Source: a virus. Taken from it: 64,000 nt of DNA. Made by a program: the position numbers and the translations under genes. Each line of letters starts with the position of its first letter. The first letter of the stretch is position 1. Under the pieces are notes generated by a model. It worked only from the letters and a program-made list of their open reading frames with translations, did no database searches and was not told where the DNA came from. Location of the stretch: positions 70,381 through 134,380 of the IMG/VR virus record IMGVR_UViG_3300034200_001443; one strand, 5' to 3'. This document shows, piece after piece, positions 1 through 8,699 of this stretch.

Positions 1-774
1 TGAGTCTGCTTCATCTGAGAAGCGAGGGTGTGAACGCCAAATGCGTCCTACAAATGCATCTTTACCTAACTTAGAAGTTTTATCTATGCCACCTTGTGTA
101 GTAGTTGACTGTTCACGTCTTCCAATGACATTAAAACCGCCACGAGGGTCAGTTGTTACTTCATCAACAGAACGAATGTCCCAAGACTCTGGCAATCTTT
201 GAGATGGCTTGCTTGGCATTTGAACTAGATAACATTCACCTGCTACTGAAAGGTTCAGTGCGGCATCTCTAAGCAATCCTGCTTGTCCACCGTATGCAGA
301 ATTTAATCGTGCAAGTGCACGCTCTGCTGCAGCCGCTATACGATCATCTACTAATTCTGATTGACGAACAGAAATTGGAGTCTCTGATGGATCATCAATT
401 ACTGCAGCATATATACGAATACGAGAGACAACGGAGGCAACTAAATTAAAAGCGTATTTAATTTCACCAATTGCGTCATAATATTCCCATGCTTCTGACT
501 GCCACGCACTTGATCCAGCAGATCGACGAATTCTAAATTGCTCAAACTCACCCTTGTCATTGACTTTAATTTGAGCTGCTGCAGCTGTAAGAGTTCTAGG
601 AGTTGAGTAACTTGCAGACTGTGCTGTATTAGTAAATACAGATGAAATTGTTGAAGGCTTTGGAGCCTGAATTATTTGTGTAGAACGAGAAAATGTTGAC
701 TTAGTTCTTTTGCGCTTTGGCTGGGACGGTGGAGGAGTAGGTTGATCTGGTGTGTCGTTAGTAAATAGACCCAC
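1..774 (-). CDS. Portal protein, N-terminal part (runs off the left window edge)
   Basis: Open frame from GTG at 774 with AAGGAG RBS. Translates MGLFTND...WQSEAWEYYDAIGEIKYAFNLVASVVSRIRIYAA, which resembles actinophage portal N-termini. Confidence 0.72.
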   Translation of the reverse strand, partial: MGLFTNDTPDQPTPPPSQPKRKRTKSTFSRSTQIIQAPKPSTISSVFTNTAQSASYSTPRTLTAAAAQIKVNDKGEFEQFRIRRSAGSSAWQSEAWEYYDAIGEIKYAFNLVASVVSRIRIYAAVIDDPSETPISVRQSELVDDRIAAAAERALARLNSAYGGQAGLLRDAALNLSVAGECYLVQMPSKPSQRLPESWDIRSVDEVTTDPRGGFNVIGRREQSTTTQGGIDKTSKLGKDAFVGRIWRSHPRFSDEADS

Positions 775-812
775 GGTTACTCCTTGTCATCCTAGTTACG
801 GAATATGAAGTC

Positions 813-1109
813 TTACTTATCTTCATATGCAGTCAACAGTCCCGCAATAGCAGATACAGCAAAAACTGTAGCAACTATATAAGTTACTGATGGAATAATG
901 ATAGCCGAAATTACGAACCCTGATCCTATCCAAACGCTAAAACACCACTCACAAGTAGATAAATAACCTAGTCGAGAAGACTCTGGCGGAAACTTACCCC
1001 AAAAAGCATTACGAAGGGAGGCTGTAATGGTATCCCTTGTTATCAAGCGAGTCACACGATAAGTGCCTAGCCCAAGAAGTAGAAACTGAAGAAGGGTCAT
1101 ATCTGTCAT
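813..1109 (-). CDS. DUF1360-like membrane protein
   Basis: YRVTRLITRD...LSTCEWCFSVW motif plus hydrophobic helices. Confidence 0.65.
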   Translation of the reverse strand: MTDMTLLQFLLLGLGTYRVTRLITRDTITASLRNAFWGKFPPESSRLGYLSTCEWCFSVWIGSGFVISAIIIPSVTYIVATVFAVSAIAGLLTAYEDK

Positions 1110-1474
1110 TCCATTGGATCCTCACTTGAGTAGACCGAACTATTCTGTCCGTAGGGGTTCCAAGCTCTTAATCTTGATCCGCAGCCGCAGCTGGCATCTT
1201 TGATAAAAGCTATGACCTTTCCAGATTCTGTTAAAACTGCTTGAAGCTTCCCGTCGACATGTCTATGGGTGTATTTCTCTCTAAAGACAAGTGTAGGACC
1301 TTGTGGAGAGTCTTGCGCTATCAAAATGCTATCGCCAAAAACAACTACTCGAACTCTATCAACTTTGCGGGTTCCTTCAGGTGATTTTCCAGGTATTGAA
1401 AGTTCATCTAACCCAATTGAATTGGGTGGAGCTATCCAGACTAGGGCTGGAAAAACATCCGAAACTGCTCTCAA
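1106..1474 (-). CDS. Hypothetical protein
   Basis: 4-bp overlaps with both neighbours; C-terminal CGCGSRL motif. Confidence 0.65.
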   Translation of the reverse strand: MRAVSDVFPALVWIAPPNSIGLDELSIPGKSPEGTRKVDRVRVVVFGDSILIAQDSPQGPTLVFREKYTHRHVDGKLQAVLTESGKVIAFIKDASCGCGSRLRAWNPYGQNSSVYSSEDPME

Positions 1475-1818
1475 GTATTTAATCCAAACTCTGTATATTC
1501 CTCTGGGATATAAAAATCATTCCAGCCCAATGCGTAACCTGCTAGTTGTAGGTCAAGCATAATTGGAGCCTCTCTAGAACTATCTTCAATGCTTGAATCA
1601 AAGTCCTCTGAACTTTTTACATGCTTTGCGCTCTTCCAAGCATAATGATTTTTAAGAGAAACTAAGGGGAAAGCCATAGGGTAGCTTGAGTTAGGGGCAG
1701 ACATAGTCTCGAGAGATCGTGACTGAGGTCTTTTAGATTTTTTAGGGTTCTTCCAAACAACTACAACAAGCTCTGTATCTTTGTAAGTACCTGTTTTGGT
1801 TTTATAGAGTCTACTCAT
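1471..1818 (-). CDS. Hypothetical protein
   Basis: Coupled by 4-bp overlaps within the operon. Confidence 0.6.
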   Translation of the reverse strand: MSRLYKTKTGTYKDTELVVVVWKNPKKSKRPQSRSLETMSAPNSSYPMAFPLVSLKNHYAWKSAKHVKSSEDFDSSIEDSSREAPIMLDLQLAGYALGWNDFYIPEEYTEFGLNT

Positions 1819-2312
1819 TGACTTAGACGCCTTGCCATAGCTCGGTAGGTAACCCCAGCGGCTTCAGCAATGGCTGCGGTAGGCACTCCACGATTTTTTA
1901 GCTGCCTAGCAATCTGAGTTAATTCATTGTTTGCCTGAGCTAGTGGGCTAGTAGGAGAAGTCTTTGCTCTATAACGCTTTGATAGGGCAGATAGCTCACG
2001 GAGTCGAATCCTTAGCTCTGGAGGGACGCCCGGAGAAACAGATCTGAGGCGAGGGGCATGTTTGGTTGGAACTGAGGTTGTAAGAGATTTAGGTGGGGGT
2101 AGAGGGAGTGCTCTCAACTGCTTCACGTCTGGCGCTCTACGAACCCAGAAATGAATAGTGGTCTTAGGCACAGCGGGGCTTAGAGAGCTTCCTATGACTC
2201 CTAAGGACCATCCAGCTTTCCACAGTCCGCGTAGGCGGGACTCCATCTCTGAGCGTGTGAGCGTAGAGAGGAACATAACCTCCTCTATGGGAAGTTTTGG
2301 TGGATTAAGCAT
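1815..2312 (-). CDS. Two-HTH DNA-binding protein
   Basis: GWSLGVIG...KTTIHFW and GVPTAAIAEAAGVTYRAMARRL helix-turn-helix patterns. Confidence 0.65.
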   Translation of the reverse strand: MLNPPKLPIEEVMFLSTLTRSEMESRLRGLWKAGWSLGVIGSSLSPAVPKTTIHFWVRRAPDVKQLRALPLPPPKSLTTSVPTKHAPRLRSVSPGVPPELRIRLRELSALSKRYRAKTSPTSPLAQANNELTQIARQLKNRGVPTAAIAEAAGVTYRAMARRLSQ

Positions 2313-2673
2313 GGTCCTATTGTACCGACTTTTTAAAGGGTGTACGAAAAGATAGTCTGCCTAATCTTGTACGGAATAGCTAAATATATGAACCTTTCCA
2401 TATTTTGCTTTTGACCCCGGAGAAGGATATGTATGTTTTTGGCAATTCTGCAAATCGTTCCGGGCCTTTTTTCTAAAAAAATCTTTTTATTTTTTACCCC
2501 CTAAAAATAATCTTTTTTACTATAAAAAAACCTAAAGACAAAGCAAGGAACTAATTTTTTATTGTTTTTTAGGTTATTTTTAAAGATCTTTATTATTTCT
2601 TTTTTCTTAATCCTTTTTATTTTTTAATTTCTTAAAAGCTTTTTTTTTTTTTTTTATTTTTAAACATTTAACT

Positions 2674-2789
2674 CTTACTCACTAGTAACTTACTTACTAG
2701 TAATTTACTTACTAGTAACTTATTGAGTCTTATAAACTACTCACTAGTAACTTAGTGGGTCTTATAGAAAAAAGTTACTGACTAGTAAC
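2674..2789. repeat. Five copies of quasi-palindrome TTACT-N-ACT-AGTAA beside a T-rich tract
   Basis: Copies at ~2674, 2689, 2704, 2736 and 2774; the first three are at a 15-bp period. Confidence 0.8.
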
Positions 2790-2834
2790 CCTCTAAAACT
2801 ATAACTAGTCATCTATAAAAAATCTTGTTTAGAC

Positions 2835-2864
2835 TTGCAAAAGTGCAGGAAAGTAGGGTATCTT
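2835..2864 (+). promoter_or_regulatory. Early promoter with conserved GCAGGAAAGTAG spacer
   Basis: TTGCAA-18-TATCTT. Confidence 0.7.
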
Positions 2865-2910
2865 TTACTTATTGGAGCAAGGGGCTTCAATAACACAAAG
2901 GGAGAAACAA

Positions 2911-3171
2911 ATGTCTTATGGAGTATCAATAACAGTTAAATACACAGAAACAACTTCAACAGGAACTATCACTAAAGAAACAAACTACAACTTCCATGTT
3001 GATACCGCATCAGGTGCAAGTGACTTAATCTCACAGACCGCAAAGAATGCAAAGGAAATGAATGCAGTTGTTCAAGAAGTAAAGGTCACAGAAGAGAACC
3101 AAAACTCTTATGAGAACCCTTACCGCAAATTATCAGACGGCGAAATCTTGGACTTACTCCTAACCAAGTAA
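2911..3171 (+). CDS. Hypothetical early protein
   Basis: ATG at 2911 after AAGGGAG RBS; has its own promoter and terminator. Confidence 0.7.
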   Translation: MSYGVSITVKYTETTSTGTITKETNYNFHVDTASGASDLISQTAKNAKEMNAVVQEVKVTEENQNSYENPYRKLSDGEILDLLLTK

Positions 3172-3183
3172 CCGCAAGACTTA

Positions 3184-3215
3184 GCCCCCCTATCCAAGGG
3201 GGGCTTTTTCTTTTT
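3184..3215 (+). terminator. Intrinsic terminator
   Basis: GCCCCCCT/AGGGGGGC stem followed by T tract. Confidence 0.85.
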
Positions 3216-3248
3216 CAAGACACACCGCAAAAGCTTTTACTTTTGATC

Positions 3249-3278
3249 TTGACAAAGTGCAGGAAAGTAGGTTATTCT
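3249..3278 (+). promoter_or_regulatory. Early promoter with conserved spacer
   Basis: TTGACA-aagtgcaggaaagtaggt-TATTCT. Confidence 0.8.
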
Positions 3279-3322
3279 TTTCCTAGTGAGGTCAAGGGGA
3301 CTTCACAAAAGGGAGAAATAAA

Positions 3323-3595
3323 ATGACAACACTAGCAATGACCGCAACACTAGAAATCACTCCAGTTCAATTATCTTTAATTGAAATGGCGCTACAAATT
3401 GAAATCGATACTTACGGCAACAAAACTAAAATGCAAATGACTAGAGAACCTGCTCTCCGTATCTTCTCTCGTCTTATTGGTGACCCTCTACATCTTCCAA
3501 AGTTTAGAGGACTACAGGGACGCAAGGACGCTCTTGCAATAGTTAAAGACTTCCTCATGCAACTTGAGGACGGCAGGGCTACCGTAGTGAAGTAG
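3323..3595 (+). CDS. Hypothetical early protein
   Basis: AAGGGAG RBS; monocistronic cassette. Confidence 0.7.
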   Translation: MTTLAMTATLEITPVQLSLIEMALQIEIDTYGNKTKMQMTREPALRIFSRLIGDPLHLPKFRGLQGRKDALAIVKDFLMQLEDGRATVVK

Positions 3596-3609
3596 CCAAC
3601 TCCCTAGAG

Positions 3610-3640
3610 AACCCCCCTAGAAATAGGGGGGTTTTTCTTT
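3610..3640 (+). terminator. Intrinsic terminator
   Basis: ACCCCCCTA-GAAA-TAGGGGGGT followed by T tract. Confidence 0.85.
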
Positions 3641-3650
3641 TGGCGTGTTG

Positions 3651-3679
3651 TTGCAAAATGCAGGAAGGTAGGTTATTAT
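3651..3679 (+). promoter_or_regulatory. Early promoter with conserved spacer
   Basis: TTGCAA-17-TATTAT. Confidence 0.75.
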
Positions 3680-3723
3680 TTTCTTAGTGGGAAACCAATT
3701 ACCACTATAGGGAGAGAGACAAA

Positions 3724-4065
3724 ATGAAAACAGCAATTAAATTAACAACAGAGGGCAAGGCTTCTTTGATCGACTTAACCGCAGATAGCAACGAACTTGT
3801 AACACTTCAAATGGCGGTAGGTGGATACATTGAAGCAAAAACTCTTGAAGGTGGTTACACACTTTTTATGAACGAAGAAGGAAAGTTAATGCAACTTCCA
3901 ATTAACGAAAGAGCAACCGAAATTTGGTTAGCCAACTTTCCTAACTTCCCAGATGTAATTGTGGGAGATGTAGTTATCGCAGGTGGAACAGATGATGAAG
4001 GCGAGCAACTAGGTCTTGACTCTGACTATGCTGACCGCTTGTTGGAACTTTTTGCACAAGCATAA
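3724..4065 (+). CDS. DUF3846-family protein
   Basis: LQMAVGGYIE...NEEGK...N.RAT...IVGDVVI pattern. Confidence 0.75.
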   Translation: MKTAIKLTTEGKASLIDLTADSNELVTLQMAVGGYIEAKTLEGGYTLFMNEEGKLMQLPINERATEIWLANFPNFPDVIVGDVVIAGGTDDEGEQLGLDSDYADRLLELFAQA

Positions 4066-4076
4066 GAACTAAAGCA

Positions 4077-4109
4077 AAGAACCCCCTACCAAAAGGCAGG
4101 GGGTTTTTT
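4077..4109. terminator. Bidirectional terminator between convergent genes
   Basis: AACCCCCT/AGGGGGTT stem with A-rich and T-rich flanks. Confidence 0.8.
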
Positions 4110-4120
4110 GTTGTCTTTAT

Positions 4121-4549
4121 TTAAGGAAGAACTCCAACGCTCTCACCTTGAAAAAGATAAGCCAAGACTTCTTCATCAAAGCAACCGCATTCATCAAGTC
4201 CCTTGGACTTTCTGAAAGCATTGATCGCTTCAACTGCTCCTTCTTCAAGACGACCAAACTTATCGTTCATTACTGAACTAAAGCCTAAATCACTCAACCG
4301 AAGTTGAACTGTCTTGACTGACTCGGAGTTGCCTTCATAAGCATTTACTTTTAATGCAGAAAGATAAACATACTTTTCAGGATTAGCTTGAAAAGTTGGG
4401 GCTTTCTTTTCTTTCTTTGGTTCTTCTTTTACTGCTACTGGTTTAACTTCTTCAACCTCTACTGGCTTGGACTCGAAAGAGAGCGCTTGCTCATTAGTTG
4501 AAGGTGCTACAGAACCAAGCAACGGCATAAGATTTTCTTGCTCGCTCAT
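4121..4549 (-). CDS. Peptidoglycan-binding-domain protein
   Basis: G...ESVKTVQLRLSDLGF...G...AINAFRKSKGL resembles PG_binding_1; likely start is MSEQ at 4549. Confidence 0.6.
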   Translation of the reverse strand: MSEQENLMPLLGSVAPSTNEQALSFESKPVEVEEVKPVAVKEEPKKEKKAPTFQANPEKYVYLSALKVNAYEGNSESVKTVQLRLSDLGFSSVMNDKFGRLEEGAVEAINAFRKSKGLDECGCFDEEVLAYLFQGESVGVLP

Positions 4550-4553
4550 AGTC

Positions 4554-5153
4554 TCACTTCTTTTCTGTGGGGAAATTGCCAAGCCATTGTTTGAACTTAG
4601 CGTAGTGACTTCCACTACTACTAGTATAAGCGTCTTTACCTATGTGCCATGCTCTCCAAACCTCTCCACCTTGACTCATGTGGAAAGCAATTTGAGCATT
4701 TACAACAGGGTTAAACAAATCTGCATTATGGGAAAGATCAAACTTCTCTCGTCTATCCTCTCCAAGACTGTTTATCATGTTGATTTGGAAGATACCGTAG
4801 GAGTTATCTCCTGTGAGAGTGTTTCCATTGAAGGCTAGGGGGCGACCATTACTTTCTTTCTTGGCTATTGCCCAAGCTTCTTTTAGTTCTTGACCTTCAA
4901 AGCCAACTGCTTCTAAAAGCCACACCAACTCAATGTCGGTAAGGTTGGTCTTGTTTTCAAAGTAGGACAGAGGCTTAGTCTTTTTGACTGGCTCTAACTG
5001 AACTACTGCTACTGCTTGCGTTGCCACTTGCTCTGTTGCGACAACCTCTTGGACTTTATTCTCTACCGCTACTGCTACTGCTCCTGATGATAGAACTATC
5101 ATGAGCGACAACAGCGCCAGCACCTTTTCAGGGGTCTTTAGAGTTGGGTTCAT
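4554..5153 (-). CDS. Secreted lytic transglycosylase (SLT/lysozyme-like, Rpf-related fold)
   Basis: N-terminal signal; AIAKKESNG (catalytic Glu) and SYGIFQIN motifs; LFNPVVNA. Confidence 0.8.
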   Translation of the reverse strand: MNPTLKTPEKVLALLSLMIVLSSGAVAVAVENKVQEVVATEQVATQAVAVVQLEPVKKTKPLSYFENKTNLTDIELVWLLEAVGFEGQELKEAWAIAKKESNGRPLAFNGNTLTGDNSYGIFQINMINSLGEDRREKFDLSHNADLFNPVVNAQIAFHMSQGGEVWRAWHIGKDAYTSSSGSHYAKFKQWLGNFPTEKK

Positions 5154-5471
5154 TTGGTTTTTCCTTTGTTAGGTTACGGGGACAAGGTTGCTAACTGAGC
5201 CAACCCGACCATCGCCTCTTAGGGGATAGCCTTACTTCAAGTGTCTAATTCGTAAATCTCCTTGTGTCGTTAGTTCTTACTGTATAAACTCTAGCATAAA
5301 TGCAGGAAAGTCCACTCGTCAAATCCGCATTAAGCGTGTCTTCAAACTATTTTTTACGCTTAAAAACCCTGCTGAGCGTGCTAGATCTATAAAAATCCCT
5401 AAATGCCCCAAAAAAAGTGCAGGAAGGACTGTTTTTAGCCCTTCCGCACACTTTTAGAGACTTGCGAGCGC

Positions 5472-5627
5472 CTAGCGTCTTTCCCTTGCTGAAAGGGTTG
5501 CAAGAGCGATAGAACTTAGTCCAAGAGACAAAACAAGACTGTCTTCTCCTTGTAGTCCAGCAATTATTGAGCCTACGGCAAGTATCATAGAGATTACCGC
5601 AGTCCAAACAACTCTTTTTAGATCCAT
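5472..5627 (-). CDS. Small two-TM membrane protein (51 aa, not in ORF track)
   Basis: MDLKRVVWTAVISMILAVGSIIAGLQGEDSLVLSLGLSSIALATLSARERR; GAGG RBS. Confidence 0.65.
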   Translation of the reverse strand: MDLKRVVWTAVISMILAVGSIIAGLQGEDSLVLSLGLSSIALATLSARERR

Positions 5628-5630
5628 TTT

Positions 5631-5861
5631 TTACCTCTTTCTTTTTTTATTAGAAGGTTTCTTTTTTGGCTCTGCTTTTTTTCCAGTAGGACTCGTCCTA
5701 CCAACTAGCCTTGCAGAAGGGTCTCTAGCCTCTACCCCTTTTGAATAGACGGCTTTTCTTGCAGTTCGGTAGGCAACCCCTAACTCTTTAGCGACTGCCT
5801 CCATAGATAGACCGCTCTTATAAAGCTTTACTGCTTCGTCTTGAATACTAGCGACTTTCAA
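5631..5861 (-). CDS. HTH DNA-binding protein
   Basis: LYKSGLSMEAVAKELGVAYRTARK. Confidence 0.7.
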   Translation of the reverse strand: MKVASIQDEAVKLYKSGLSMEAVAKELGVAYRTARKAVYSKGVEARDPSARLVGRTSPTGKKAEPKKKPSNKKRKR

Positions 5862-6033
5862 CTTTATCTCTCCTTAGTCTAGAGATTTCTCCTTCAAGAA
5901 ATCTTATCTTTTCATTTTTCTTGTTTATTACTCGGTGCAACTGACCTTGCGCCCTGATACCAACAACCATAACAAAGCAAGAGCCAGCGAGCGCAATAAT
6001 TATTGCGAGCATTGTTCCTGTATCTAAAACCAT
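5848..6033 (-). CDS. Small membrane-anchored protein
   Basis: N-terminal TM helix and coiled coil. Confidence 0.6.
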   Translation of the reverse strand: MVLDTGTMLAIIIALAGSCFVMVVGIRAQGQLHRVINKKNEKIRFLEGEISRLRRDKVESR

Positions 6034-6036
6034 TTT

Positions 6037-6204
6037 CTACCTCCTTACGCTTCTAGGGTCTACCTGTTTTGTCCCCTGACAAAATCCACACTCTTCCGCA
6101 TGGGCATAACCTAAAGCCCCAACTAGATTAGATACTCCGCAAGACCTCATCAACAGACAGGCGAACTCTTGGTCGGTAAGTCCTGCTTGTAAATCATCAG
6201 CCAT
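6037..6204 (-). CDS. Small Cys-containing hypothetical protein
   Basis: Start MADDLQ; CGFC motif. Confidence 0.5.
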   Translation of the reverse strand: MADDLQAGLTDQEFACLLMRSCGVSNLVGALGYAHAEECGFCQGTKQVDPRSVRR

Positions 6205-6367
6205 TTTTAGCCTCTTCTTTTTCAAATTGAATTGCTTTATCTAAATCTATGTCGCAATAAGGGATACCCTTGTAAATTGTTATAGGTATCTCACTTGTAT
6301 CTGCCCAGCAAACTTCGCAAGACTCCAACCCCGTGTATGGACTTGGGTGTTTAACTTTTTTACTCAT
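6197..6367 (-). CDS. Small Cys-containing hypothetical protein (56 aa, not in ORF track)
   Basis: MSKKVKHPSPYTGLESCEVC...YC; fills the gap with coupled overlaps. Confidence 0.55.
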   Translation of the reverse strand: MSKKVKHPSPYTGLESCEVCWADTSEIPITIYKGIPYCDIDLDKAIQFEKEEAKNG

Positions 6368-6579
6368 ACCAAAATCCCTTCTAATCCTTCGTCATTTCCA
6401 AAGTCGCTTGGACTTATTAAATCCAGCCACTCCCTAAATAAATAAACCAAACCTTCCTGCTCATTATTCCTTTTCTCAACAAGTCCCTCGTATAAGAAAT
6501 AGGCTTGATCTTCTACTAAATCTTCATAGGTTTCATAAGCTTCAATAAGCCGTAACTCTTCTAGCGTATAGGTTGGCAT
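6364..6579 (-). CDS. Acidic hypothetical protein
   Basis: GGGGTAAAAATG junction with the upstream gene. Confidence 0.6.
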   Translation of the reverse strand: MPTYTLEELRLIEAYETYEDLVEDQAYFLYEGLVEKRNNEQEGLVYLFREWLDLISPSDFGNDEGLEGILV

Positions 6580-6581
6580 TT

Positions 6582-6815
6582 TTACCCCTGCTCTTTAGTA
6601 AAGAGAAACGCAAAACCCGGACCATTACCTTCGGGGTCTTGGGATAAACATAAGCCTTCGCCATTATCGAACTCTAAGAAAGGAATTGGCTCATGGGCTG
6701 AAACTTCCCACCCCAACTCTTCTGCTTCTTCGGCAGTAGCATTTCTAACTTTTATGAGAGTCGCCCCTACGAGCGACCCCCACTCCTTCTCTAAGTATTT
6801 CGATAGGTCGCTCAT
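6582..6815 (-). CDS. Conserved phage hypothetical protein
   Basis: LVGATLIKVR...LSQDPEGNGPG; likely start MSDL. Confidence 0.6.
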   Translation of the reverse strand: MSDLSKYLEKEWGSLVGATLIKVRNATAEEAEELGWEVSAHEPIPFLEFDNGEGLCLSQDPEGNGPGFAFLFTKEQG

Positions 6816-7000
6816 GGGTATAACAAATCTAGGCAAAATTGGTTCATCTGCTCTGTTGGAACTTTGCACTCATCAGGTGTTGTTGCGTCATTAGCCCAAG
6901 CAAACAAACCTAGCAAGATAACGCCAACGGCAATTCGGCGTCTAATAAACTTTGCTTCTGTTTTCACTTTGTCCCTGCTTTCTGTGACTCCCTTAGCCAC
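6812..7000 (-). CDS. Small membrane protein
   Basis: RRR followed by TM helix and two Cys. Confidence 0.55.
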   Translation of the reverse strand: MAKGVTESRDKVKTEAKFIRRRIAVGVILLGLFAWANDATTPDECKVPTEQMNQFCLDLLYP

Positions 7001-7007
7001 TAGTAGA

Positions 7008-7036
7008 ACTTTACACTACTTTCCTGCTTTTTTCTA
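7008..7036 (-). promoter_or_regulatory. Early promoter with conserved spacer (motif duplicated at 7015-7047)
   Basis: TAGAAA-aaagcaggaaagtagtg-TAAAGT on the minus strand. Confidence 0.55.
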
Positions 7037-7234
7037 CTTTCCTGCTTTTTCCTTCTCTTTGGCGTGTCGCTTGGCTTCCTCTAGCAACTCCTCGAAACTT
7101 CTAAAGTCCTGCTCGAAAGAACTCCAACTCTGTGCCAAAACTTTCTCTTTTCTTTTTGAGGAACTAATACGGCGTGATTTTTTAGTAAGTCTCTTTACAG
7201 TTCCGTAAATTGCACTATCAGGCAAACCCCACAT
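7034..7234 (-). CDS. Small basic protein, paralog of 47249..47458
   Basis: Shared WSSF(E/D)QDxR(S/T)FE(E/Q)LL motif. Confidence 0.65.
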   Translation of the reverse strand: MWGLPDSAIYGTVKRLTKKSRRISSSKRKEKVLAQSWSSFEQDFRSFEELLEEAKRHAKEKEKAGK

Positions 7235-7258
7235 TTTTTACCCCTTCCCTTAGTTAAG

Positions 7259-7337
7259 ACTTAGTAGGGAGTCGTATTGTTTCCGCCCCTTGCAAGTTCT
7301 AGGCGTTCAGGTGACCAGCGACTTCCCCCTACTAAGT
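7259..7337 (-). ncRNA. Structured leader or small-RNA candidate
   Basis: ACUUAGUAGGG/CCCUACUAAGU closing stem with an inner hairpin, directly after the promoter at 7346-7374. Confidence 0.45.
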
Positions 7338-7345
7338 TAAAAGAA

Positions 7346-7374
7346 ATAATACACGACTTCCCTGACATTTTCAA
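7346..7374 (-). promoter_or_regulatory. Early promoter with conserved spacer
   Basis: TTGAAA-atgtcagggaagtcgtg-TATTAT. Confidence 0.75.
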
Positions 7375-7469
7375 ATTGACCGCACACGACACGCCAAGCC
7401 CCAAGTTCCCACACTTTTGTTTTTAGATAGAATAAAATTAAGACACAAGCCAAGAGAAAGGGAACTCAA

Positions 7470-7592
7470 ATGGCAAGAGTAAAAGCAAGAGAAGTAATGA
7501 TTTGGATAAATTGCTATCGGTGTGGAGAGCAATTCCAAATTAGACAGATAGATTATTACCGCAACCTAATTTGTAATGGTTGCTTAAAATGA
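7470..7592 (+). CDS. Small zinc-ribbon protein (40 aa)
   Basis: CYRC...CNGC; GAAAGGG RBS. Confidence 0.55.
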   Translation: MARVKAREVMIWINCYRCGEQFQIRQIDYYRNLICNGCLK

Positions 7593-7665
7593 ATTGCCAA
7601 ACCGCAAAATGGCTTTATGAGATTTACGGATACGGAAAAGCTCATGAGTGCGAAAAGTGTTCAAA

Positions 7666-7694
7666 TTGAGAAATGCAGGAAAGTAGTGTATCGT
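7666..7694 (+). promoter_or_regulatory. Early promoter with conserved spacer
   Basis: TTGAGA-aatgcaggaaagtagtg-TATCGT. Confidence 0.7.
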
Positions 7695-7745
7695 TAAGCC
7701 AGTTGGTTAATCATAGGGAATAACCACACTAACAAAGGGAAACAA

Positions 7746-8078
7746 ATGCCAGTTGCAAGTCGTGAAGTAATTGAGGAACAAATAGAAAACGCAGATAGAA
7801 GTCTTGCAGTTCTTTCTATCTTTGCTATGAACTACCACCTAGACCTTTCCAAATGGGAAAGCTTTGCAGATGACGCAGAGAATAATTATCTCGGTAACTA
7901 TGGAAGTCGTAGAACCTTTGCAGAGAATTATGCAGACCGCATTGGGATACTAAACTCAGGGGGCAACGGACAAATAGAAACTCTTGCTCGTTATTTTAAC
8001 TATGACCTTTGGGTGCATAACCTTTTCCAAGACGGAACAGTTTGGGAACATGAAGGTCATTACTTCCAAGCTCTTTAA
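7746..8078 (+). CDS. ardA: ArdA-like antirestriction (DNA-mimic) protein, C-terminal type
   Basis: Acidic; YLGNYGS..FAE.YAD...LARYFNYD.W...L...GHYF matches the ArdA C-terminal pattern. Confidence 0.65.
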   Translation: MPVASREVIEEQIENADRSLAVLSIFAMNYHLDLSKWESFADDAENNYLGNYGSRRTFAENYADRIGILNSGGNGQIETLARYFNYDLWVHNLFQDGTVWEHEGHYFQAL

Positions 8079-8088
8079 GAAGTGAGAG

Positions 8089-8118
8089 TAGCCCCCCAAG
8101 AAATTGGGGGGTTATTTT
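8089..8118. terminator. Terminator between convergent genes
   Basis: GCCCCCCAA-GAAA-TTGGGGGGT. Confidence 0.75.
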
Positions 8119-8687
8119 TATTCTCGGTATTGAGTTAAGAGGTAAAAAGGCTCGGCAGTTTTATTATCAAACTTTGAAGATACGGCGAGCGCAGTTTTAA
8201 TTCCTGATCTTGCATTAGTTAAAGTTCTTTTCTTTCCTTCTGATAAAGCATTAAGAACACCTAAAGCATAAGCTGAACCTGAACCTACCGCATAAGCCCC
8301 GACAGTATCGTGACACCAAGAGAAGTCTTCGCCTATCTCATAAACAGTTCCATTAACTAAAACAATTATTTGGCTTTCGTGTTCCCCGTCCTTTGAGTAT
8401 GAGGATTCCTCAAAACACTTCTTAAGTTCAGGGATAAAGACGGCAGTAATAAACTTATCTAGTTTTACCCCTAGAGTCGAAACAGTGCAGACAGGTGGCT
8501 TAAAGACATGAGCCAACAAGTTAATAGCCCGCACATCACCAGCTACTCCAATTATGTAATTTCCATTCTTAAAAACTTTCCCATTATCTTTCGGCAGAAT
8601 GTAACTACGCCCGTCCTCTTCTGAAACCCTAGAGTCATAGCCAATAACTGACCAGCCTTCACCCTGAACCGCAGCTATTGTTGTCAC
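8118..8687 (-). CDS. Proteasome beta/HslV-like Ntn peptidase (copy 1)
   Basis: N-terminal (M)TT nucleophile, DSR, K and AVGSGS motifs. Confidence 0.8.
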   Translation of the reverse strand: MTTIAAVQGEGWSVIGYDSRVSEEDGRSYILPKDNGKVFKNGNYIIGVAGDVRAINLLAHVFKPPVCTVSTLGVKLDKFITAVFIPELKKCFEESSYSKDGEHESQIIVLVNGTVYEIGEDFSWCHDTVGAYAVGSGSAYALGVLNALSEGKKRTLTNARSGIKTALAVSSKFDNKTAEPFYLLTQYRE

Positions 8688-8699
8688 TTCAATCCTTAC

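Noticed and set aside
2674-2789. CRISPR array
   Set aside because: Units are ~15 bp, overlapping or irregularly spaced, with no unique spacers and no cas genes.
5155-5285. c-di-AMP (ydaO) riboswitch upstream of the transglycosylase
   Set aside because: I could not find the GCCGAAUCC, GGGGAACC or GUCAGCUAAC-type consensus segments.
5347-5607. 86-aa Cys/Arg-rich ORF in the track
   Set aside because: The overlapping frame 5472..5627 has an RBS and a coherent membrane protein.
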